A stretch of 32,000 bases of DNA, taken from the NCBI RefSeq assembly GCF_014204945.1, contig NZ_JACHMN010000002.1, positions 974,503 through 1,006,502 of the forward strand. The letters are read 5' to 3'. Under the pieces are notes generated by a model. It ran no database searches, was not told where the DNA came from, and was given only the letters and a program-made list of their open reading frames with translations. The DNA comes from Allocatelliglobosispora scoriae (GTDB lineage Bacteria > Actinomycetota > Actinomycetes > Mycobacteriales > Micromonosporaceae). This document shows, in pieces, positions 8,631-15,014 of this stretch (positions within the stretch are counted from its first letter, which is position 1; each line of letters begins with the position of its first letter). Both the position numbers and the translations under genes were made by a program.

Positions 8631-9380
8631 CTACTCGCCGGACAGGATCGCCACCTCCAACCGCCGCAGGCGCGCTCCCGGCTCCATCCCCAGCTCCTCC
8701 GCGAGTGTCTCCCGAGCACGCCGGTAGGCGTGCAACGCCTCGCCGGGACGGCCCGCCCGGTAGAGCGCGATCATCAGCAGCTCCCACATCCGCTCGCGCA
8801 GCGGGTGTCGCGCGACCAGCCCGATCAGCTCCGCCGCCACCTGCGCGCAGCGGCCCAGCTCCAGCTCCGCGGCGAGCAGCTCCTCGGTGGCGTTGAGCCG
8901 CATCTCCTGCAGGCGCGCGACCTCCGCCTGTGCCCACTGCCCGGCCGCGCAGTCCGCCAGCGCCTCCCCGCGCCACAACCCCAGAGCCCGCCGCAGGTAC
9001 GCCGCCGCGGCCTCCGGCGACCCCGAGGCGGCCTCGGCGTGCCCGCGGCCGACGAGGTACTCGAAGCAGTGCACGTCGATCCACTCGGCCGGGACCGCCA
9101 GCGTGTAGCCGGGCGCCCGGGTGGCGATCGGCGAGCCCGCACCCCCGGCGAGCAGCCCGCGCCGCAGGTAGGCGATGTGCGCCCGGAGCGTCTTGGCGGC
9201 ACCCCCGGGCGGCGCGGTGTCCCAGACACCGTCGACGAGGGCGTTGCACGACACCACCTGGGGTACGCGCAGCGCCAGCAGCCCCAGGATCGTCCGCTGC
9301 CGCGGCCCGCCGAGCACCACCGCGCCGCCGTCCCCGCTGACCTGGAGCGGGCCCAGCAGGCGAATCTCCACCGTGGACAT
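8631..9380 (-). CDS. Small SARP (AfsR/DnrI/RedD-type) transcriptional activator: OmpR-like wHTH plus BTAD
   Basis: ATG 9380 with GGAG upstream. The sequence reads MSTVEIRLLGPLQVSG......RQRTILGLLALR.....S...LVDGVWD...P.....TLRAHIAYLRR, followed by a BTAD helical region ...ALYRAGRPGEALHAYRRARETLAEELGMEPGARLRRLE. Confidence 0.9.
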   Translation of the reverse strand: MSTVEIRLLGPLQVSGDGGAVVLGGPRQRTILGLLALRVPQVVSCNALVDGVWDTAPPGGAAKTLRAHIAYLRRGLLAGGAGSPIATRAPGYTLAVPAEWIDVHCFEYLVGRGHAEAASGSPEAAAAYLRRALGLWRGEALADCAAGQWAQAEVARLQEMRLNATEELLAAELELGRCAQVAAELIGLVARHPLRERMWELLMIALYRAGRPGEALHAYRRARETLAEELGMEPGARLRRLEVAILSGE

Positions 9381-9410
9381 CAACTCCGCCCTCCACTCTA
9401 TTGTGGAACT

Positions 9411-9432
9411 TCGATGCATCGATTCATGCATG
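9411..9432. promoter_or_regulatory. Perfect palindromes TCGATGCATCGA and CATGCATG upstream of the small SARP gene
   Basis: The 12-bp palindrome lies at 9411-9422 and the 8-bp palindrome at 9425-9432, 31-52 nt upstream of ATG 9380 in an AT-richer stretch. The core GATGCATC recurs at 20289-20296. Confidence 0.3.
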
Positions 9433-9547
9433 GTACGGCCCGGTTACGAACAATGATCGGCTACTGATGAGTCGCAAATGCCGTCCTACGCACTGGCACG
9501 ACCGGCCTCGGTACGTCGCCTCTCGGCACGTTCCGCGGCCCTCGGCA

Positions 9548-9605
9548 CGTTTCGCAGCAAAGCGTGGCCTCCCGTAGGCGGGAGGCCACGCTTTGCTGCG
9601 AAACG
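9548..9605. repeat. Palindromic element, family A, copy 2 (perfect 27-bp stem, 4-nt loop); terminator position
   Basis: CGTTTCGCAGCAAAGCGTGGCCTCCCG (9548-9574), loop TAGG, then CGGGAGGCCACGCTTTGCTGCGAAACG (9579-9605). It ends 8 nt from the S8 peptidase stop codon (9613-9615). Confidence 0.9.
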
Positions 9606-9612
9606 GAGCGGG

Positions 9613-10830
9613 TTAGACGGGGACGAAGCCTGCGAAGAGCAGCAGGTTCGGCGAGCCCACGCCGGGGTTGATCACCACATTGGGGGTGGCGTTGTTGACC
9701 AGGGCGAGCGCCGTCTGGTCGGCGTTGTCAGCCGGGAACCGCCAGCGCCACAGCGCCGCGACGCCGGCCGCGTGCGGCGACGCCATCGAGGTGCCCGAGA
9801 GCGTGGCGTAGGCGTTGTCGGCGGTGCCGTACGCGGAGTAGATGCCCTGGCCGGGGGCGAAGAGGTCGAGGCACGGTCCGAAGTTGGAGAAGGTGGCCCG
9901 AGCGTCGGTGTTGGTGGTCGCGCCGACCGTGGTGGCCCTCGGTACCCGGGCCGGGGAGAAGCCGCACGCGTTGAGGTTGGAGTTGCCCGCCGCGACCGAG
10001 TAGTGCACGTTCGCGGTGATCGAGTTGGTCACCGCGGTGTCCAGCGGCGGGAAGGCGCTGCCGCCGAGGCTCATGTTGGCCACGCTCGGCGGCGCCGGGG
10101 AGAGGATCTGCTGCAGCGTGACCCAGTTGACCCCGGCGATGACGCCGGCGGCCGTACCCGAGCCCGCGCAGTTGAGCACCCGGACCGAGATGAGCTTGAC
10201 CTGCTTCGCCACGCCGACCGTCTTGCCGCCGACCGTGCCGGCGACGTGGGTGCCGTGACCGTTGCAGTCGGCACCGGTGCCGCCGAACGCGTCGAAGCCG
10301 GGGACCGCGCGCCCGCCGAACTCGACGTGGGTGTAGCGGATGCCGGTGTCGATGATGTAGGCCCGGACGCCGGGTGCGGTGTTGGCGTAGTGGTACTTGT
10401 TGTCCAGCGGCAGGGAGCGCTCGTCGATCCGGTCCAGGCCCCACGACGGGGTCGGCGTCTGCACGCTGACCTGCGTCGTCACCTCCTGGTCCTGGGCGAC
10501 GTACTCCACCAGCGGGTCGGCCGCGACCCGCGCCGCGGTGGCGTCGTCGGCCGCGATGGCGAAGCCCCGCAGGGCGGTGCCGTACTCGAAGGTCGTGCGC
10601 AGGTTGTACTTCGCCTTCAGCTCGTCGCTCGTATTCGACGGCGACGAGTCCTTGAAGACGACGATGTAGCTGCCGGGGACCGCGCCGGGCGACTCGGCGT
10701 AGAGCACCTTGCCCAGCGTGGTGTTCGCGCTCGCCACAGGCAGCGACGATTGGGCGGGTACGCCGGTCAGACCCACCGCGGCGGCGATACCCACCACGAT
10801 GACGAGCCGACGGATTGAACGATTGTTCAT
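9613..10830 (-). CDS. Secreted S8 (subtilisin/proteinase-K-like) serine peptidase with inhibitor-I9-like propeptide
   Basis: ATG 10830 with AAGGA RBS. Signal peptide MNNRSIRRLVIVVGIAAAVGLTGVPAQS. Catalytic triad contexts are DTGI (Asp), GHGTHVAGT (His) and GTSMASPHAAG (Ser). Confidence 0.93.
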   Translation of the reverse strand: MNNRSIRRLVIVVGIAAAVGLTGVPAQSSLPVASANTTLGKVLYAESPGAVPGSYIVVFKDSSPSNTSDELKAKYNLRTTFEYGTALRGFAIAADDATAARVAADPLVEYVAQDQEVTTQVSVQTPTPSWGLDRIDERSLPLDNKYHYANTAPGVRAYIIDTGIRYTHVEFGGRAVPGFDAFGGTGADCNGHGTHVAGTVGGKTVGVAKQVKLISVRVLNCAGSGTAAGVIAGVNWVTLQQILSPAPPSVANMSLGGSAFPPLDTAVTNSITANVHYSVAAGNSNLNACGFSPARVPRATTVGATTNTDARATFSNFGPCLDLFAPGQGIYSAYGTADNAYATLSGTSMASPHAAGVAALWRWRFPADNADQTALALVNNATPNVVINPGVGSPNLLLFAGFVPV

Positions 10831-10924
10831 TGGCCATCCTTCGGTTGATGTGACGGTGCGGCGGGTGCGCACATCTCACCGGTGGACGGTTGGCTTTCGG
10901 TTGCGGTTCGGTTGGGGTGCGGCG

Positions 10925-11371
10925 TCAGGATCGGTTGATCAGGATGATCGCGTCCAGGATGCGGTGCCAGTCCAGCTCGCCGAGCGGCCGGTCTGCGGTC
11001 GCGGCGACGGCCGCCATCGCGCCGAGCAGCTTCTGGCGCTGGTCGAGCAGCGCTGTGCCGCCCGCTTCGGCGAGGCGGCCGGCCTCAGCGGCGAAGCGCG
11101 CCGTTCTGGCGTACGCCACCAGGGTTTCTGGAAGCGCGACCGGCTCGACCGGAGCATCGTCGGCGACGAGCTCGACGGCGAGCCGGGCGCCGAGGGCCTC
11201 GGCGAGCGCGGCGAGGGCTGCGACCGTGGGATTGCCGCGACCGTTCTCCAGATTGGCGATGTAGGGCACGGAGAGTCCGGCCTCGACGGCGACCGAGGCG
11301 ATCGTGCGCCCGGCGGCCGTGCGGCGGGCCCGCAGCCGCCGCCCCAGCTCCGCCGTGGATTCTGTTCTCAC
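10925..11371 (-). CDS. XRE-family HTH transcriptional regulator
   Basis: In-frame GTG at 11371; the track ORF start at 11767 overlaps the divergent MFS gene and is rejected. The HTH reads LGRRLRARRTAAGRTIASVAVEAGLSVPYIANLENGRGNPTVAALAALAEALG. Confidence 0.85.
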   Translation of the reverse strand: MRTESTAELGRRLRARRTAAGRTIASVAVEAGLSVPYIANLENGRGNPTVAALAALAEALGARLAVELVADDAPVEPVALPETLVAYARTARFAAEAGRLAEAGGTALLDQRQKLLGAMAAVAATADRPLGELDWHRILDAIILINRS

Positions 11372-11373
11372 AA

Positions 11374-11396
11374 AACAAATCTTGCCACAGATTGTT
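11374..11396. promoter_or_regulatory. Imperfect inverted repeat AACAAATCT-N6-AGATTGTT in the XRE/MFS divergent intergenic region
   Basis: This 48-bp AT-rich spacer separates divergent starts at 11371 and 11420. It is a candidate operator for the XRE regulator. Confidence 0.35.
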
Positions 11397-11419
11397 CTGT
11401 CGGAATAGAGTCGCCGACC

Positions 11420-12622
11420 ATGCGCGTCCCTCAGAACCGCGACTTCCGTCTGCTGTGGACCGGCGGCGTCATCTCCGGCCTCGGCTCCTGGCTGCTCATC
11501 ATCGCCGTGCCTGTGCAGGTCTTCCGCCTCACCGGTTCGCCGCTCGCCACCGGGCTGACGGTCGCCGTCGAATCGCTGCCCGCGATGCTGCTCGGGCCCT
11601 GGGCCGGCGTCCTCGTCGACCACTGGAACCGGCGGCGCATCATCGTCGGCGCCAACCTCGCCAGCGCCGCCGGGGTCGGTCTGATCCTGCTCGGCGACAC
11701 CCCGGCCCGCGTCGGCTTCATCTGGGCCGGGCTGCTGCTGGAGGCGGTCGCCGTCGTCCTCCTGCAACCCGCGACGCGCAGCATCGTCCCCGCCATCCTC
11801 GGAACCGGCGACGACCTCGTCACCGCGAACGCCGTCTCGGCCTTCACCGGCGGCGCGATGCGGCTCATCGGTCCCCCGCTCGGCACCGCCCTACTCGCCT
11901 GGGGCGGCATCGGGCTCGTCGCCTGGCTCGACGCGGCGACCTACCTCGTCGCCGCCGGGCTCACCTGCCTCGTCCGCGTCGCCGATCCCCCACGACCGGC
12001 GCTCGTCCTGCGCGAGGTCCCCCGGCACCTGGTCGACGGGCTCCGCCATCTGCGCCGGTCCCGGCTGCTGCGCGGGATGCTCGCCGCGAGCTGGGTCTAC
12101 TGGGCGGCCAACGCCGCGCTGACCGCGCTGCTCGTCCCCTTCGTCGTGCAGCGGCTCGGGCGCGACGGCGGCGACCTGGGCTACGTCATCGCCGGGCTGG
12201 GATGCGGCTTCCTCGTCGGGTCGGCGGTCAGCGGGCGACTCATCGGCCCGTACTCGACGCAGGCGGTTCTGACCTGGTCCTATGGGCTGGTCGGGCTCGC
12301 GTTCCTGCTGCTGTTCAACGCGCCGACGCTGTGGGTGGCGGTGCTGGGAGCCGCGGCGGCGGGAGTGCCGGGGTCGGTGGCGATGGTCGCGACCCAGCAC
12401 CGGATCCAGGTGGCGGCTCCGGAGGAGGTGCTGGGGCGGGTGGGCGCGGTCTTCTACGCCAGCGACGCCACGGCCGCCGTCGCCGGCGCCTTGATCGCCC
12501 CACTGGTCGTCGCCGTAAGCGGCCTCTCGACCGGGCTCAACGCGGTCAGCGTCCTCGTCATCGCGGTCGCGCCGATGACGCTGTTCCTGCTCCGCGACCC
12601 CGCCGGTGCGGAGAGTCGGTAG
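11420..12622 (+). CDS. MFS transporter (EntS/MFS_3-like exporter)
   Basis: In-frame ATG 11420 (MRVPQNRDFRLLWTGGVISGLGSWLLIIAVPVQVFRLTGSPLATG...). The N-terminal 237 aa of track ORF 10709..12622 are shadow sequence. Multiple hydrophobic helices throughout. Confidence 0.88.
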   Translation: MRVPQNRDFRLLWTGGVISGLGSWLLIIAVPVQVFRLTGSPLATGLTVAVESLPAMLLGPWAGVLVDHWNRRRIIVGANLASAAGVGLILLGDTPARVGFIWAGLLLEAVAVVLLQPATRSIVPAILGTGDDLVTANAVSAFTGGAMRLIGPPLGTALLAWGGIGLVAWLDAATYLVAAGLTCLVRVADPPRPALVLREVPRHLVDGLRHLRRSRLLRGMLAASWVYWAANAALTALLVPFVVQRLGRDGGDLGYVIAGLGCGFLVGSAVSGRLIGPYSTQAVLTWSYGLVGLAFLLLFNAPTLWVAVLGAAAAGVPGSVAMVATQHRIQVAAPEEVLGRVGAVFYASDATAAVAGALIAPLVVAVSGLSTGLNAVSVLVIAVAPMTLFLLRDPAGAESR

Positions 12623-12665
12623 GCTATCCAGAGATCGACCTGTCTCACCACCATGGGGTGTCTCC

Positions 12666-14390
12666 GTGTCGTATGTCTTCCTCTCCTACGGCCACGGCGA
12701 CGCAGCCGACTACGTCGAACGGCTCGCCGGATGGCTGGGCGAGGCCGGCGTGCCGATCTGGTACGACAAGGAGATCATCTCGGGTCACCGCTGGTCACGC
12801 GTCATCCAGCAGCGGATCGAGGGCTGCTCCGCGTTCATCGTCGTCATGACGCCGCAGGCGGACCAGTCGGAGTGGGTGGAGCGGGAGCTCACCCTCGCCG
12901 AGAGCCTGGGCAAACCGGTGCTGCCGATGCTGCTCGCCGGTCGGCCGTTCTTCCGGCTCGGCAACCGGCAGTTCGAGGATGTCACCGATACGGCGCTGCC
13001 CGGCTCGGCATTCCTCGCCACCGTCCGCAGCCTGGCCGGGGTCACTCCCCCGGCCCCGCTGACCGTCCTCGGGGCCGCCGAACCGCCGCCCGTGCAAACC
13101 GCCGAACCGGTGCCCGTGCAAACCGCCGAACCGGTGCCCGTGCAAACCGCTGAACCGCTGTCCCTGCGGTCCGGTGAACCGCTGTCCTCCGCGCGGACAG
13201 GTGAACCGCGGCAACGGCAGCCGTCGCCCGGCCGGCCGCGGCTCGGCACCCGGCGCGTCCGGCTCCTGGCCCTCACCGCGTCCGCGGTCGCCGTCGTGCT
13301 GGTCGGGTCGCTGCTCGTGCGGCAGTTCGGCCGGGAGAGCGACAAGCCGTCCGCGCCGCCGGACACCGCAGCCCACGGCACGACTCCGGCCCTCGCCATC
13401 AGCCCGGACGGTCGCCTCCTCTACGTCGCCATCACCCGCATGCACATCACCGGAGGGACCCGAACCCTCACGACCGGCAGCCTGGTCGCCGTCAACACAC
13501 AGGCCGGGACCGTCATCCCGAACTCCCACGCCGAAAACGGCGGGAATGGCATGTCGATCACCAGCGCACCGGACGACGCCGCGATCACGGCGGACGGCAA
13601 GCGGCTCTACCTCGGCCGCTTCACCGACCCGTTCCTGATCCGGATCACCGCGCTGGTCCCGGAGCCGAGAGGTATCGGGCGAGGGGTGGACCTCGGCACC
13701 ACTGCCGACCCGGTCGAGGGGGTCCGCAGCGTGGCGTTGAGCCCGGACGGCAAGCGCGCCTACCTGGCCGACGAGCCGACCGCCACCGTCTCCGTGGTCG
13801 ACACGGTGACGGAGAAGCAGGTCGGCAATCCGATCACCGTCGGCCGGGCGCCGCGCGACCTGGTCATGAACCCGACCGGCACGCGGCTCTTCGCCGCCGG
13901 TTCGGCCGCCTCCACGGTCAGCGTCGTCGACACCGCGACCAACGAGGTCATCGCCGCCCCCGCCGTCGGCCGCGGCCCGCGCGGGCTGTTCATCAGGGGA
14001 GACGGGCGCCGGCTCTACGTCGCCAACGCCGAGGCGGGCGGAGTCTCGATCATCGACACCGGCGACAACACGGTGGTGACGCAGTTCCCTGCGGCCTGCG
14101 GAGCGCATCCGATCGCGGTGGCGGTCTCCGACCAGGGCAACCGGCTGCACACCATCTGCGAGGACTCCGACGTGGTCGGCGTCCAGGATGCCGGGAGCGG
14201 GGCGGCTCTCGGATCTCCCACCGCCCGGACCACGCGCCCGGCGAGGTCGATGCTGCTCAGCCCCGACGGGAAGCGGCTGTATGTGGCGGTCGTGGAGGCG
14301 AAGACGGTCACCATCACGATGATCGACACCACCACCAACACCGCAGTGATGGACCCCATCGTCGCCGACACCTGGCTCGTCGACGGTTAG
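12666..14390 (+). CDS. TIR-domain protein with one TM helix and a C-terminal 7-bladed YVTN-type beta-propeller
   Basis: The TIR_2-like N-terminus reads VSYVFLSYGHGDAADYVERLAGWLGEAGVPIWYDKEI..G..W...I...I..CSAFIVVMTPQADQSEWVERELTLA, with candidate catalytic Glu codon at 12885-12887. The start is GTG 12666, or alternatively GTG 12606 overlapping the MFS stop. A Pro-rich linker follows. RRVR plus LLALTASAVAVVLVGSLLV forms the TM. Seven repeats follow, of the form SPDG(K/R)RLYVA...VSV(V/I)DT....V... Confidence 0.85.
   Translation: MSYVFLSYGHGDAADYVERLAGWLGEAGVPIWYDKEIISGHRWSRVIQQRIEGCSAFIVVMTPQADQSEWVERELTLAESLGKPVLPMLLAGRPFFRLGNRQFEDVTDTALPGSAFLATVRSLAGVTPPAPLTVLGAAEPPPVQTAEPVPVQTAEPVPVQTAEPLSLRSGEPLSSARTGEPRQRQPSPGRPRLGTRRVRLLALTASAVAVVLVGSLLVRQFGRESDKPSAPPDTAAHGTTPALAISPDGRLLYVAITRMHITGGTRTLTTGSLVAVNTQAGTVIPNSHAENGGNGMSITSAPDDAAITADGKRLYLGRFTDPFLIRITALVPEPRGIGRGVDLGTTADPVEGVRSVALSPDGKRAYLADEPTATVSVVDTVTEKQVGNPITVGRAPRDLVMNPTGTRLFAAGSAASTVSVVDTATNEVIAAPAVGRGPRGLFIRGDGRRLYVANAEAGGVSIIDTGDNTVVTQFPAACGAHPIAVAVSDQGNRLHTICEDSDVVGVQDAGSGAALGSPTARTTRPARSMLLSPDGKRLYVAVVEAKTVTITMIDTTTNTAVMDPIVADTWLVDG
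13092..13163 (+). repeat. In-frame 24-bp tandem repeat (3 units) encoding VQTAEPVP in the TIR-to-TM linker
   Basis: GTGCAAACCGCCGAACCGGTGCCC is identical at 13092-13115 and 13116-13139. A third, diverged unit starts at 13140. Degenerate (S/T)GEPL units follow. Confidence 0.9.
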
Positions 14391-14452
14391 TCGGCCACTC
14401 TTCGTGCCGAACCCGGGTGCTGCCATCGGCCAATGTGCGTCACACCCGTGAC

Positions 14453-14914
14453 TCAGATGAATCCGAGTTCCTCATCCAGGGCTGTCAGGTCATTCGCCGC
14501 GCGCAGCGTGCGCGCGTCATCTGCACGCTGGTAATCCATCAGGGACTTGAGTTCTATCCGTCGGTGGCTGCCCACCATTCGGTACCGGATCTCACCAGCG
14601 TCGAGCAGCCCGATCAAGAACGGCCGCGACACGTTCAACAGGTCGGCTGCCTGCTGGCTCGTCAGCTCGGATTCCATCGGCAGCACCGCCACACCATGCC
14701 CCTCGGCGAGGTGCGACAGGACTCGGGCCAGCAGAACGACGGCCTCCCGAGGGACCGACAACTCGTCGTGGGGCGAATCGGCCACCACGATGTGGACCTC
14801 TTGCGGACCGTCCGGATGGTTGCGCAGGTAGGAGCGAACTCGATCTAGCGCCTGAGAGGCGACCTCGATAACACGAGCACTCGGCGGTTCAGCATTCAGC
14901 GGGATGGCGGTCAC
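14453..14914 (-). CDS. Excisionase/MerR-like (HTH_17) DNA-binding protein, antitoxin-like, with no cognate toxin gene nearby
   Basis: GTG 14914 with GAGGT RBS. LTSQQAADLLNVSRPFLIGLLDAGEIRYRMVGSHRRIELKSLMDY is the HTH_17 pattern seen in PIN-associated antitoxins. Only 62 nt separate its stop from the convergent TIR gene stop. Confidence 0.7.
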   Translation of the reverse strand: MTAIPLNAEPPSARVIEVASQALDRVRSYLRNHPDGPQEVHIVVADSPHDELSVPREAVVLLARVLSHLAEGHGVAVLPMESELTSQQAADLLNVSRPFLIGLLDAGEIRYRMVGSHRRIELKSLMDYQRADDARTLRAANDLTALDEELGFI

Positions 14915-14938
14915 GTCGACCTCACTTGTTTGCGGTGC

Positions 14939-14974
14939 TAACCGAAATAATCATAACATCCGCAATAACCGAAA
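14939..14974. promoter_or_regulatory. Direct repeat TAACCGAAA x2 (27-bp spacing) in an AT-rich spacer upstream of the HTH_17 gene
   Basis: TAACCGAAA occurs at 14939-14947 and 14966-14974, within ...GCTAACCGAAATAATCATAACATCCGCAATAACCGAAACAACGG.... This is the most AT-rich stretch of the region and a candidate promoter or operator. Confidence 0.35.
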
Positions 14975-15014
14975 CAACGGCGGTCGCCGACCTGCGGGAA
15001 GGGAGGCGGGAGCC

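Noticed and set aside
10709-12622. 637-aa version of the MFS protein, and the 280-aa version of the XRE regulator (10925..11767)
   Set aside because: The two long versions overlap each other head-to-head. Recognisable sequence begins at ATG 11420 and GTG 11371 respectively, leaving a sensible 48-bp AT-rich divergent promoter.
13092-13163. Tandem and dispersed repeats as a possible CRISPR array
   Set aside because: The 24-bp units are contiguous, with no spacers, and in frame within a CDS. Family A and B palindromes are single dispersed copies kilobases apart. No cas genes are present.
14453-14914. Type II toxin-antitoxin locus
   Set aside because: Only the antitoxin-like HTH_17 protein is present. 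The 62 nt downstream and the 100 nt upstream cannot encode a PIN or other toxin. I therefore call it an orphan or a regulator, not a TA pair.
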